Origin: a virus
Strand: one strand, 5' to 3'
Length of the DNA stretch: 62,705 nucleotides
IMG/VR virus record: IMGVR_UViG_3300045988_178329
Coordinates: 1-62,705 of that record
In this document: one piece after another, positions 28,322-37,641 of the stretch
How positions within the stretch are numbered: position 1 is the first letter of the stretch
How the letters are laid out: each line of letters opens with the position of its first letter
Made by a program: the position numbers and the translations under genes
Notes under the pieces: generated by a model
Told to the model about the DNA's origin: nothing
Databases searched by the model: none
Seen by the model: the letters and a program-made list of their open reading frames with translations, nothing else

Positions 28322-28617
28322 TGGAACTAGGGAAAAAAGACATAATCATGGTGAGGATGACACTCGCCAAGGCAAGGTTCGAGAAGGTGTCGATATGGAT
28401 AAGGTCGCTATCTAGCCTCGCCTTTTTAATCGGTGGGGTTGGGAGCGGACTATACCTAACATTGGACGACCAGTTCCTGAATACCTATGCCAAGGCTGCA
28501 CTATTATCTTCGCTTGGACTGGGATTCATCTTCAGGTTCATATCCGATGTTGTATTGCCGTCTATCTGCAAGAGGGTATGCTCATCGATATTGGAGGAGA
28601 TGGGCGATGGACATTGA
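28321..28617 (+). CDS. hypothetical membrane protein (98 aa)
   Basis: Two hydrophobic segments. Confidence 0.45.
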   Translation: MELGKKDIIMVRMTLAKARFEKVSIWIRSLSSLAFLIGGVGSGLYLTLDDQFLNTYAKAALLSSLGLGFIFRFISDVVLPSICKRVCSSILEEMGDGH

Positions 28618-28843
28618 GCTTGAGATAAGGTTCAAGGACGAATTCGGCTTCGACAAGGCTGCATATAGGGAACTTACCATAGTTGACCTGAATAGGATAT
28701 TGACCGACAGGAGTCCATTCAAGCTCCTTTTGTCTGACTACATAAACCCCATTCTCGACGAATACGACCTAGACATAGGCGAATATGACTGGTCTATTGT
28801 TGAAGGTGGCGATGGTGGGAAAAAAGAGAGAAAAGAGTGCTGA
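28607..28843 (+). CDS. hypothetical acidic protein (78 aa)
   Basis: MDIELEIRFKDEFGFDKAAY... Confidence 0.4.
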   Translation: MDIELEIRFKDEFGFDKAAYRELTIVDLNRILTDRSPFKLLLSDYINPILDEYDLDIGEYDWSIVEGGDGGKKERKEC

Positions 28844-28853
28844 CAATAACAAT

Positions 28854-29375
28854 ATGGATAATAACAACGATAGGGAACTCCCCTGGTACGAAAGGGTTAG
28901 GAAGGATCAGGAAGAAAGGGAAGGGAAGGGAGAGGTAGAGAAACCAGAGGTTTCTCCTACTTCTTCTTCTTCTTCTATTTTATATGGAGAGGTGGACCAG
29001 AAGAAAAAACACTATGTTTACCTGAAGTCCCGTTCATTGAAGCAGGTACTCCTTCCCTTGGTATCCTCCACCTATCCCATGATCCAAGGTTTTCGCGCTT
29101 GGGCTAAGGTAAACGTCTCCTGCAAGAAGAGGACCGAGAGGAGAGACGTCTATGACGAAAATGTAGATAAGTACACCCGCTTTACATGGATACTCACCTG
29201 CCATTGCTACATTACCCATAGAAGGGGAAAGGGTACCTGCGACATCTCCATGGATTACGACATGGACCTCTACGAAAGCCAGGGAAAGGATTACGACAGA
29301 GAATTCCTCCTCCGCTTTGCAAAGGTTCTCCAAGACAGGAAGTCATGGCTCGTAAAGGAGATGGGGATAAGATAG
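28854..29375 (+). CDS. hypothetical protein (about 173 aa)
   Basis: MDNNNDRELPWYERV...; the alternative upstream start at 28785 overlaps the previous gene. Confidence 0.4.
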   Translation: MDNNNDRELPWYERVRKDQEEREGKGEVEKPEVSPTSSSSSILYGEVDQKKKHYVYLKSRSLKQVLLPLVSSTYPMIQGFRAWAKVNVSCKKRTERRDVYDENVDKYTRFTWILTCHCYITHRRGKGTCDISMDYDMDLYESQGKDYDREFLLRFAKVLQDRKSWLVKEMGIR

Positions 29376-29564
29376 GAAAAAAAGTAAAAAATTAGAAAAA
29401 AATTTTTTCTTTTTTTCTCTCTATTTCCACTTTTGATTGACAATTTTTTTGTAAGGAAAGTGGAACGAAAATTATAGTTTTTGGAGGAACAAAGATGAAA
29501 GGAATCGGACAGAGAAAATCGCTGAACACGTGTAGAGTGTTGTGTACAGACAAGGGGAATTACC

Positions 29565-29790
29565 GAATAGTTGTATACACCAAAATCGGACTTTTCAAAA
29601 AAAGTGGTACTCCCGAAACGGAAGTTATATATAATTTACTATCTATACCAGATAGTAATATATATATAAAAAGTATTGACTTTTTCCACGGTGGAAGAAA
29701 TAAAAAACGTTTTAAAAAAAAGGGGATTAAAATAAAAAAAGAATATGGATTTTTCCACCGCCGGAAAAGTCAAGGGTATTTATTTACATA
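29565..29790. repeat. Copy 1 of a duplicated AT-rich regulatory or origin-like region (copy 2 at 42922..43165)
   Basis: Shared blocks GTATACACCAA, CGGACTTTT(C)AAAAAAAGTGGTACTCCCG, an AT-rich core, GGAAGAAATAAAAAACGTTTT, TAAAATAAAAAAAGAAT, TTTTTCCACCG, GAAAAGTCAAG. Confidence 0.6.
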
Positions 29791-29819
29791 GTAAATAATT
29801 TTGGATTGGAGAGTAACAC

Positions 29820-30164
29820 ATGGGAAAGGTGATGAAAGTCGGTATATGTAAATATACCGGAGGATATGGATTGTTCGAATTGAGGATCAGGACGAGGGAA
29901 GGGACGATTTGCTGGAAGGTCGACATTGACGAATTCATGAACGGTTGGTTCTCGCTTAGGGAGGACAATCGGAAAAGGGTTCACAGGGCGAGGTGGAACG
30001 GATATATCGACGAATGGGAGAGGAGGCATGGAAGGGAGATGCCAAGGGAGGTAGCCGAGGCGGTGTCAGGGTGGATGCTGGTGCCGAGTACCCTTGAAAG
30101 GGTTGGAAAAAGGCGCGGACATGGTGTAGAATGGTTGATGAGAAGGAAGGTGATGGAGAGATGA
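29820..30164 (+). CDS. hypothetical protein (114 aa)
   Basis: ORF with ribosome-binding site. Confidence 0.45.
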   Translation: MGKVMKVGICKYTGGYGLFELRIRTREGTICWKVDIDEFMNGWFSLREDNRKRVHRARWNGYIDEWERRHGREMPREVAEAVSGWMLVPSTLERVGKRRGHGVEWLMRRKVMER

Positions 30165-30598
30165 AGGAAAACCCATTGGTAGAGATGTTCGACAGGCCTG
30201 CCGAGTGGAAGCTGGACAGGAAGAGGTACCCATGGCTATCCGACAAGGAGGTTGGGTTCCTCGAATCCATGCCGTTCGACTATGGGAACATAATGGCTGC
30301 CGTCAGTTACTTCCTCACCAAGGAACAGGTGGCTGAGAGGCTACTGACTACGGAGGAGGAGTTGGACAAGTATTGTCAGACATTGTGGAATAGGGACTTT
30401 AATAGCGTGTATACAGTGCTAATGAAAAAAGCCAAAGAAACCGGTATTGACACCTTCAAGTGGTTTGCCAATAAGGGAAATGCCACTGCCCTCTCCATAA
30501 TGGCTCACTCCATCATGAAGCTTGATAGGGAGGACAATGACAAGTCGCTGAAGGTTACCATTGTCAATGACCTTCCAGACATGGGTAATGGGAAATGA
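30131..30598 (+). CDS. hypothetical protein (155 aa)
   Basis: ORF. Confidence 0.45.
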   Translation: MVDEKEGDGEMKENPLVEMFDRPAEWKLDRKRYPWLSDKEVGFLESMPFDYGNIMAAVSYFLTKEQVAERLLTTEEELDKYCQTLWNRDFNSVYTVLMKKAKETGIDTFKWFANKGNATALSIMAHSIMKLDREDNDKSLKVTIVNDLPDMGNGK

Positions 30599-31272
30599 TC
30601 CTCCAGGACTTGCGCAAGAAGGACGCGTTCCTCTCTTCCGTCGATGAAGAGCAAAGGGACGCCATGGAACTCCTCTATGGCGAGAGTGGGAAGATGATTA
30701 ACAAGCAATCGTTCTCCCAGGCCATAATGGGATCGGAGGCGTTTGCCAAGAGTTCACCACTGATAAGGCCAAAGGTATCCGTACTCAGAAAGCCACTGTC
30801 GCTTGATGAGGATTCGGACAGCAGGGTTGACCTATTTCAGACCGACGGACATTACTACGTAACCTATAACAACGAGTTCAGCTACGAATATCTCTGCAAC
30901 CCGGAAAAGGTGAAGGAGATGCCGTTTGTGGTATCTGGGGACATATTCACTACGAATTCAAGGGTTCCCAATAGGTATCGCGACTACTACCACCTGATGG
31001 CAATGGGGAAACTGATACCGATGCTTGGCACCGTGCTTGAGTTCTCAAACATCTCGAAGGACCTGTTCTTCATGGCTAGGAGAAATCCGATGGTAAGGTT
31101 TCCGTTCTGTTTCGACTTCGTTCGCTATGAGGAGGAAGTTGGTCAGACGCACTTCGTTACCAGAGACCTCTATGGAAAGCAGATAGACTTCGAGAAGGCA
31201 CGGAGCAGCAATCCGGCATACATGTATAGGATCAAGCATGGTCTTGACCCGGTAACCAAGGAGAAGATGTGA
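30595..31272 (+). CDS. hypothetical protein (225 aa)
   Basis: ORF. Confidence 0.5.
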   Translation: MILQDLRKKDAFLSSVDEEQRDAMELLYGESGKMINKQSFSQAIMGSEAFAKSSPLIRPKVSVLRKPLSLDEDSDSRVDLFQTDGHYYVTYNNEFSYEYLCNPEKVKEMPFVVSGDIFTTNSRVPNRYRDYYHLMAMGKLIPMLGTVLEFSNISKDLFFMARRNPMVRFPFCFDFVRYEEEVGQTHFVTRDLYGKQIDFEKARSSNPAYMYRIKHGLDPVTKEKM

Positions 31273-31273
31273 T

Positions 31274-32923
31274 ATGGAATTGACAAAGTACCTAGACACG
31301 ATTGCGTTGTCCTGCCTGGGTTTGCAGAAGGCACCCACCCCACTTGAGCTAGAGAAGGCGGTGTTCACGAACGATTTGGAGGGTGTCCTCCACTATAGGC
31401 TTGCAGAAGGCCGTGCATGGTATTCCGCAGATGACGACGAGATACTTGCCTTCTACAACTATTCGGAGAGGGTGGAGTACAATACCGAACCATATAGGTA
31501 CAAGAACAAGCGTTCGTTCTTCTGGGCACGTTCATCACTCGAGGACGAGATGAAGAGGACGCACAGTGGCTTTGCCCGGGATATTGTCGATACAGACGTT
31601 GCACTCCTTGGGCTTCCTAGGATTAAGGTTGGCGTAAAGAGGAAGCCAGATAGCGACCTTATCGACAGGAAGTACCCAACGCTTGACGGGAAGAAGCCAC
31701 AGGAAGCACTTGATGACATAATGGAATACAATGACCTTCCAAGAATGGTTCAGGAAGAGCAGGAACCACTTACCCTGGTAGACGGTTGGGGGGCGTTCAA
31801 GATTACATGGGGAGAGGAAGCTGACGTGCCTCTAGTCCACTACTATGGCGGAGAGAGGGTTAGGATACACTCCAGGGGAAGCTCCGTATTCGGTATGACA
31901 TTCCTTGACTGGTATTCAGATGCACAGGGGAAGAGATACCTCATAGCCGAGACTAGGCTAATGAAGGACGGAAGGGGAATGATACGCTATAACTGCTTTA
32001 GGGACATCGGAAACGGGACCTTGGCTCCGCTTAGCAGGGAAGAGGCTGCGTTCTTCACCAAGGCGCAGGACCTGGATGACCTGCCGTGCCTATTTGCCGT
32101 TCCTACCTCGTTCTATGCGGACACCCAGAATGGACTTCCGGGAAGAAGCATCTTCAATGGCAAGTACAGTGTCTTTGATGACATAGACCAGGCGTTCTCC
32201 CAATGTGCAAATGCCATTAGGCGTTCCACCCCGGTAGAGAAGTTCGACCTCGACTATTGCGAAAGGGACAAGGATGGCATTGCAAGGATGCCTAAGCTCT
32301 TCGAAAGGAGGTACATTGGAATCCGTGGAATGAAGAACGCCTATGGTGAGAAGTCTGGGGACGATCCGGTAACCGTATCCCAGCCAAGGCTAGACATAGA
32401 AATGTATGTCCGTGCAATAGAACTCAATATGAGGAAGGCAATTAACGGACATTTGTCCCCTACTACCATAGGGCTTGATACCGAGAGGAAGGACAATGCG
32501 GACGCCCAGAGGGAATCCGAGAAGATAACAATCTTCACCATGAAGCATCTTGCAGGTAGGGAAAAGAGGATCCTGGAAAGACTAGCGAACCAACTCCTCA
32601 TCGCCTATGAATACATAACTGCCAAGAACCACGTAATCACCTGCGATGACTATGGTGTCAGTGTCGAGTATGATGAGTTCGGCAACCAGAGCTTCGAATC
32701 CAAGATAACCACACTTGCGACAGTACTTGCAAATGATGGCATATCACCTTCAATGTATGTCTCCAAGGTATATGGAGATTCCATATCAGAGGCAGACAGG
32801 AAGGAGGAAATCAAGTGGCTGGAATCCAAGCACACGCTCGAAACCCCCACCGTGCAAGGCGATAGTAGGGGGAAGGAAGGAAACCTCGACGGACTGCTTG
32901 ATGAAATCGGGGACGGTGAATGA
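31274..32923 (+). CDS. putative portal protein
   Basis: 549 aa, no Walker motifs, immediately upstream of the Mu F/SPP1 gp7-like minor head gene, which is the classic gene order. Confidence 0.4.
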   Translation: MELTKYLDTIALSCLGLQKAPTPLELEKAVFTNDLEGVLHYRLAEGRAWYSADDDEILAFYNYSERVEYNTEPYRYKNKRSFFWARSSLEDEMKRTHSGFARDIVDTDVALLGLPRIKVGVKRKPDSDLIDRKYPTLDGKKPQEALDDIMEYNDLPRMVQEEQEPLTLVDGWGAFKITWGEEADVPLVHYYGGERVRIHSRGSSVFGMTFLDWYSDAQGKRYLIAETRLMKDGRGMIRYNCFRDIGNGTLAPLSREEAAFFTKAQDLDDLPCLFAVPTSFYADTQNGLPGRSIFNGKYSVFDDIDQAFSQCANAIRRSTPVEKFDLDYCERDKDGIARMPKLFERRYIGIRGMKNAYGEKSGDDPVTVSQPRLDIEMYVRAIELNMRKAINGHLSPTTIGLDTERKDNADAQRESEKITIFTMKHLAGREKRILERLANQLLIAYEYITAKNHVITCDDYGVSVEYDEFGNQSFESKITTLATVLANDGISPSMYVSKVYGDSISEADRKEEIKWLESKHTLETPTVQGDSRGKEGNLDGLLDEIGDGE

Positions 32924-33669
32924 ATAGGGACGTAGCTAGGGGAACCAAGGGGACGCTGCTCGCACTGGGCACGTCCCTTTTCTCGGTAGGGACGATCCAA
33001 CATGCAAGGAAGAGCGTCTATGCTTACCTAACCTCCACCGTGCAATGGGCGGATTCCATTGGGCTGCATGGGGTACTGGAAGCTGCCATATCGGTGGCTA
33101 GGACCTATGTAGGGAGGAAGTTGGAGTTCGAGCCAACCTCATTCATGCAGATGGCGTTCCCTAGAATCGTCAAGGCGTTCAACCGTGCAAATAGGCGTAG
33201 GTGGGTTAGGACTAGGAAACTGGACGTAGCCAATACGCTGCGACTTGGGCTTGGTGCCGATAGGGTATTCTTCCTTGTATCGAGCCACCAGAACCCACAA
33301 AAGGCACATGCCCCGTTCCAGGGAAGGATCCTCGTCAACAGCCATTGGAGGTCGCTTGGGGAGGGTTACCGTGCAAGGGTCGGATCGTATGTTAGGAACA
33401 GGAAGGTAATGTCTGTGCAAAGGGCAATGCGTGAACCGTATTACCTGTTCGTCAGACCAAACTGCATGCACTACCTGATTCCACTTGACACAGAAGAAGT
33501 GCTCAGTTCTTCCCCTACTGCCGTTGCAAGGAGGCACCGTGCAACCGAGAGAAGGGTTCGTAGGCCATATACGGACAAGCAACTGTATAGGCAGCGTAGG
33601 GCACTCTACCTCCTAACCCTTGGGTTACTAGAAAAGAAACTTGGGAGAAGTGGGATAAAGGCAAAATGA
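32920..33669 (+). CDS. phage minor head (head morphogenesis) protein, Mu F/SPP1 gp7 family
   Basis: C-terminal ...FQGRILVNSHW...YLFVRPNCMHYLIPL matches the F-like hPNCRC box. Five copies of ACCGTGCAA lie inside this gene. Confidence 0.55.
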   Translation: MNRDVARGTKGTLLALGTSLFSVGTIQHARKSVYAYLTSTVQWADSIGLHGVLEAAISVARTYVGRKLEFEPTSFMQMAFPRIVKAFNRANRRRWVRTRKLDVANTLRLGLGADRVFFLVSSHQNPQKAHAPFQGRILVNSHWRSLGEGYRARVGSYVRNRKVMSVQRAMREPYYLFVRPNCMHYLIPLDTEEVLSSSPTAVARRHRATERRVRRPYTDKQLYRQRRALYLLTLGLLEKKLGRSGIKAK

Positions 33670-33712
33670 AAAAAAGGGTTTGGGATTCAGATCCTAAGCC
33701 CTTTTCCTTTGC
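33668..33712. terminator. bidirectional terminator between convergent modules
   Basis: AAAAAGGGTTTGGG...CCTAAGCCCTTTT hairpin overlapping both stop codons. Confidence 0.5.
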
Positions 33713-34017
33713 GATGAAATCCTCTTTGCCTCCTCTTCGGTTTCCACGAATCGCCCCTTTACATAGTAGTACTTCATACATGTATCCCTGTCTGGGTAGC
33801 CACCGTATTTGTCTGGGCTATCATCTATGAAGCACTCGAACCACTTTGGGGTTTCCCCATCGTAGCCCTCGTACATATGCCCGTAGGCTTCCAGAAACGC
33901 CTCTATGGCCTCTTTTGCAATGTCGATGGATGGAAGTAGCCTCCACCTCCCAATTTGCTCTCCATAGGCCTCAGAATACCTTACAAGGACTGTTGCATCG
34001 TATAGGTATCTATCCAT
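33694..34017 (-). CDS. hypothetical protein (107 aa)
   Basis: ORF on the minus strand. Confidence 0.45.
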   Translation of the reverse strand: MDRYLYDATVLVRYSEAYGEQIGRWRLLPSIDIAKEAIEAFLEAYGHMYEGYDGETPKWFECFIDDSPDKYGGYPDRDTCMKYYYVKGRFVETEEEAKRISSQRKRA

Positions 34018-34198
34018 TGTTTCGCTTTGCCCTCCTTCCCTCGCATATGAAGTCTATCTTTCCCCTCTTGGTGTCGATTACCCTTACATCCCAATTGATG
34101 AGCCTCAGAAGTTTCTTGGCCTTATGGATTGCTGCAATCCTTGTATGGAATATTTCCGTAGGTATTTCAAGCCCTTGGTTAATGATTAGTGAGTACAT
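34010..34198 (-). CDS. hypothetical protein (62 aa)
   Basis: ORF. Confidence 0.35.
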   Translation of the reverse strand: MYSLIINQGLEIPTEIFHTRIAAIHKAKKLLRLINWDVRVIDTKRGKIDFICEGRRAKRNNG

Positions 34199-34203
34199 TT
34201 TCT

Positions 34204-34467
34204 TTACTTAACCTCTCTTACTATCTTTTCGAGAATGATGTTGCCTGTCCTTGTTACATGGTAGGAGAATACGTAAGTCCTACCCTCTTGGATCACATAG
34301 CCAAGTGCAGCATCTGTCTTTGTCTTGGCATTGCTTTCATACCCAGTGGAACTCTCTATTACCGCTGCATAGCGTGGGTTTCCGTAATAGGAGTTGTTTA
34401 GCCTTGTGAGTTCCAAGACCTTGAATGTTCCGTTCATCTTGTTTTTTCCTCCGAACCTTGCTCCCAC
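34204..34467 (-). CDS. hypothetical protein (87 aa)
   Basis: ORF; its sigma70 promoter lies at 34483-34511. Confidence 0.45.
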   Translation of the reverse strand: MGARFGGKNKMNGTFKVLELTRLNNSYYGNPRYAAVIESSTGYESNAKTKTDAALGYVIQEGRTYVFSYHVTRTGNIILEKIVREVK

Positions 34468-34482
34468 TTTGGAAGCATAACC

Positions 34483-34511
34483 ATCTTAAGGGTATTCCAG
34501 AATATTGTCAA
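34483..34511 (-). promoter_or_regulatory. sigma70-like promoter TTGACA-N17-TAAGAT
   Basis: Read on the minus strand; preceded by an AT-rich UP-like tract and a CACCGTGCAA motif at 34565-34574. Confidence 0.55.
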
Positions 34512-34584
34512 GTGTTTTTTAAAAATTTTATTAAAGGTATTAGAAGTAATCGGAGAAACTGTACCACCGTGCAAAACCCTAGCA

Positions 34585-34612
34585 GCAAAAAAAGGGGAGT
34601 GTGTTTCCCCAC
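34585..34612 (-). terminator. rho-independent terminator
   Basis: GGGG-aaacacac-CCCC followed by TTTTTTT on the minus strand. Confidence 0.55.
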
Positions 34613-34615
34613 CCC

Positions 34616-34861
34616 CTAGAGTTCCTCTTCGTAAACCCTATCGATGAACTCCCCTTCTTCTGAACGTTCCTCGATTACGATTTCGGAGTTCGGAAACGGC
34701 TTGCTGCTTTCAAGTTCATCAATTCTGGAATCGACAAAGGCTAGGGCTTCCCTTTCGCTAGGGAAGGAACCAAGCGACATTTCATTGCCGTTTGGTGTCC
34801 CATCTTCCTCGTAGCCTAGTATTACAACCTCGTAAATCATTAGCATACCTCCCATAGCCAT
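34616..34861 (-). CDS. hypothetical acidic protein (81 aa)
   Basis: ORF, Glu/Asp-rich. Confidence 0.45.
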   Translation of the reverse strand: MAMGGMLMIYEVVILGYEEDGTPNGNEMSLGSFPSEREALAFVDSRIDELESSKPFPNSEIVIEERSEEGEFIDRVYEEEL

Positions 34862-35397
34862 CCATCAATGAGGCGTTCCCTATTTGGGTTTAGCCAAACG
34901 ACTTCGCCACTGTACTTGGAATCCACTTCATTTGTGATCCTGAACTTCCCAAGGCTATCGCGTAACGCTCTTGTCATCTTGGCACATGTATCATGGGTTA
35001 GCGTTCCATTTTGGAATACTATGTGTTCGCTAAACTCCATGCCTTCCTCTTCGCTAAACACCTCTATATTACACCCTAGGGAACTTATCTGCCCTAGCGT
35101 AGTTCCCATGAATATTTCAGGGTGTTCCTTGTTGAATTCGTTGTAGTAACTATTCTTGCCAGAAAGCATACAACAATGGACACTCCAAGCACATACACCA
35201 TATGCGTAGAGAACATAACCGTTCGAGGTTTCCTTTATTCCCCCAAACTCATTGTCTACCCTGAAGAAGTGCCTAGCCTTTGGCTTGACATTCTTTAGGT
35301 AGTTATAGTCGCTGTTGTTTAAGGTGGCAAGGAGATATTCAAGAACCTCCCTGTCCTTAGATTTTGCCCTTAATTCGTAGTTGCAATCGTTTGCCAT
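34840..35397 (-). CDS. hypothetical protein (185 aa)
   Basis: ORF. Confidence 0.5.
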   Translation of the reverse strand: MANDCNYELRAKSKDREVLEYLLATLNNSDYNYLKNVKPKARHFFRVDNEFGGIKETSNGYVLYAYGVCAWSVHCCMLSGKNSYYNEFNKEHPEIFMGTTLGQISSLGCNIEVFSEEEGMEFSEHIVFQNGTLTHDTCAKMTRALRDSLGKFRITNEVDSKYSGEVVWLNPNRERLIDGWLWEVC

Positions 35398-35775
35398 TTA
35401 TCTATCCTCCTTGGATTTGATTTCTTCCCTTTCCTTGTCTAACCACTTCTTTAAGGCTTCCCCATCAAATTCGGAAACCATTTTCTTTAGGTTGCCTAGA
35501 TACCTACTTGATTCTGCTAAGTTGCAACCCTTTAGGTAGTGCATGAAGTAGTACTCCACTTGGCTACCGTATTGGTAACGGATAAGGTAGTAGCCACTTG
35601 TTAGGATGCCATTGTATTCAGCGACTAGGTGATCTTGAACCAATTCTTTTTTGATGTCCCTTCCAATATTCCAAGAAGAGTTGTCCCAATTCCTGAAGGT
35701 ACGTTCTAGAGTTTCGGTTGGTTGGGGTATTCCTTCATAGCCCCCAATCGCCTTTAGTTCGGTTTTGATGTGCAT
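35398..35775 (-). CDS. hypothetical protein (125 aa)
   Basis: ORF; promoter TTGACA-N17-TAAGAT at 35808-35836. Confidence 0.5.
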   Translation of the reverse strand: MHIKTELKAIGGYEGIPQPTETLERTFRNWDNSSWNIGRDIKKELVQDHLVAEYNGILTSGYYLIRYQYGSQVEYYFMHYLKGCNLAESSRYLGNLKKMVSEFDGEALKKWLDKEREEIKSKEDR

Positions 35776-35807
35776 GTTCTATGCTCCTTTTCTTCCCCTA
35801 TGGCAAT

Positions 35808-35836
35808 ATCTTAAGTCACTTTGAAATTTGTGTCAA
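35808..35836 (-). promoter_or_regulatory. sigma70-like promoter TTGACA-N17-TAAGAT
   Basis: Canonical spacing on the minus strand. Confidence 0.55.
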
Positions 35837-35889
35837 TAAAAATTTTAAAAAAAGTTTAAACGATATATATGTGTACGCAGAAATCCACC

Positions 35890-36040
35890 CACCGTGCAAT
35901 TAGGAAAGGGGCGCAGATGTCTCTCTTGTGTGGTTATATTTCTCTAAGGACTGCCTACGGTGGGGACAGCAAGGTCTAGTGAGTGGCATACCCATTTCTC
36001 CGATTCTATGGGTAGGGGAAGGATGACCACTTGCACGGTA
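35890..36040. repeat. Inverted-repeat-flanked intergenic unit: CACCGTGCAA, about 130 bp, then TTGCACGGTA
   Basis: 10-bp terminal inverted repeats. The unit sits between the terminator of 36083..36706 and the promoter of 35398..35775. Confidence 0.7.
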
Positions 36041-36043
36041 ACT

Positions 36044-36078
36044 CTTAAAAAGAGTAGGGGAGTTTTGCCCTCCCCCTT
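36044..36078 (-). terminator. rho-independent terminator
   Basis: GGGAG-ggcaaaa-CTCCC followed by a T-run on the minus strand. Confidence 0.5.
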
Positions 36079-36082
36079 TTCC

Positions 36083-36706
36083 CTAGTGGAACTTGAAATA
36101 AACCGACTGCCCTTTTCTTAATGTCCAGCAGGCTAGGCACTCTGGGCAACTCCCACCGCATGGAATGGCGGTCTCTGGGATTTTCGGATTCATCTCCGCT
36201 TTTTTAAAGAACACATAGGCAACGGGGAACTTGTAGGGGTTGTCCACCTTGAACGCCTTAGACCATGCAGAGAACACGATTCTTAAGTTGCTAGGTATCT
36301 TCCCACCGTTTGCAACGTAGCCGTTTACTATGTCAAACTTCTTTGTAAAGCATAGGAACCTAACGCCCTTGCACTTCCTTGCAACCTCTATCATGCCATC
36401 GAAATAGGAAGCGTCTACGATGTCCCCTACAGAATGCCATCTAAAGTACTTATAGGTAACTAGGGAGTTATTAAGGAACGAGGCTATTTCATCAAAGAAG
36501 CCCCTAGGATCTTCCTTGTAGAACAAGGCGTTTGACATGATGGAATTCTGAACGTTCTTGTAGGTGAAATTGCCCTTTTTGCCGTAGCACCCATGAGCAC
36601 ATGGGGCGTCAGCCCTACAGCTGCATTGTGGGGCGAGGTTTACGCTTGGGATTTGGAATCCCAGTTTTGAGTTTGTGGTTGAGATTTTGACTTGCATAAT
36701 TGCCAC
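36083..36706 (-). CDS. Cys-rich protein (two Cys clusters; putative metal or Fe-S binding)
   Basis: CSCRADAPCAHGCYGKKG and CGGSCPECLACW. Confidence 0.5.
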   Translation of the reverse strand: MAIMQVKISTTNSKLGFQIPSVNLAPQCSCRADAPCAHGCYGKKGNFTYKNVQNSIMSNALFYKEDPRGFFDEIASFLNNSLVTYKYFRWHSVGDIVDASYFDGMIEVARKCKGVRFLCFTKKFDIVNGYVANGGKIPSNLRIVFSAWSKAFKVDNPYKFPVAYVFFKKAEMNPKIPETAIPCGGSCPECLACWTLRKGQSVYFKFH

Positions 36707-36808
36707 TCCTTTTTGATGATTACATTCTAATGCATCCCATTATGGAAGTAAAGAGAAAAATAAAAATTTCCTAAATGAGTTTAGAAGTCATCGAATGTCT
36801 GAAACAAC

Positions 36809-36957
36809 CACCGTGCAATTTGATGATAGGGATGGAAAACGGATTTCAAAAAGTACACCAAACCTTCTGGAGAACTTTTGCTGCTGGGGCAAGAAAAGCG
36901 GATGCCGTTCCACCCCCAATTTTGGGGTATGGGGAAATCCGACCTTGGTTGCACGGA
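36809..36957. repeat. Inverted-repeat-flanked intergenic unit: CACCGTGCAA, about 130 bp, then TTGCACGGA
   Basis: Same architecture as 35890-36040. The overlapping short track ORFs 36775..37209, 36788..37018, 36795..37001 and 36878..37081 are considered spurious. Confidence 0.65.
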
Positions 36958-37149
36958 GCACTTCTTTTCGGTTTCCGAACCATTTCAGACAAAAGAGATA
37001 ACAACACAAGATATGCAAATGCCCCTAGAAATCGTTTCTGGGGCGTTCCTATGCGTTTCGTTTCCCTTTGTGGTAATTTAACGCTCTCTAAAGCCTTAAA
37101 AATGAAAAGCCCCCTTTTTCTAGAGGGCTTAGGGATCTCTTTCCCTTTC

Positions 37150-37641
37150 CTAGTTGGCTTTCTTGATTTCGGCTTCCACCTCCTCCCATTCGCTATCTAT
37201 GAAGTCTAGGGCTTCCTCTAGACCGTAATCGATTCTAGAAACCTCTTTACGGTTATTGTTTAGATAGTCGATGAAAGAATCATCGTTGATTGCCTCAAAC
37301 ACAATATCACTGGTTGACTTGGTTTCTATGTGGCCGTATCCGTTGAGCCTGAAATATTCATCGCTCATGTTTACGCTTCCATAGTAGCAGGCCATTAGGG
37401 CATCCCAATGGCTGCTGAAGGTGTTGTCTATTTCCTCATCGTTAAATTCGATGTAGCAATCGCCTGGGTAGTAGTTTCTTAGATAGTCGTTATAGGCATC
37501 TATGACGTCTTGGCTACTTGCTTCGCCTAGGGCGTCCTTTATGAGCGAACGCTCAAGGTTCTCTGAGGAATCGCTTGGGTAACGATTTTCGGCAATGTAT
37601 TCTGCCATTGCCTTGGGGTTTGTGAGTTTTGATAGGTTCAT
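37150..37641 (-). CDS. hypothetical highly acidic protein (163 aa)
   Basis: Asp/Glu-rich ORF; a promoter with A-tract motif lies upstream. Confidence 0.5.
   Translation of the reverse strand: MNLSKLTNPKAMAEYIAENRYPSDSSENLERSLIKDALGEASSQDVIDAYNDYLRNYYPGDCYIEFNDEEIDNTFSSHWDALMACYYGSVNMSDEYFRLNGYGHIETKSTSDIVFEAINDDSFIDYLNNNRKEVSRIDYGLEEALDFIDSEWEEVEAEIKKAN

Noticed and set aside
29495-29791. 98-aa ORF MKGIGQRKSLNTCRVLC... in the ORF track
   Set aside because: Lies wholly inside the duplicated AT-rich intergenic region. It is Lys-rich and low-complexity, has no ribosome-binding site and its copy at 42.9 kb is non-coding. Spurious.
36775-37209. Cluster of overlapping short ORFs on both strands (36775..37209, 36788..37018, 36795..37001, 36878..37081)
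   Set aside because: They overlap the inverted-repeat-flanked spacer element and its terminator, are mutually exclusive, and have no start or ribosome-binding-site context. The region is better explained as non-coding.
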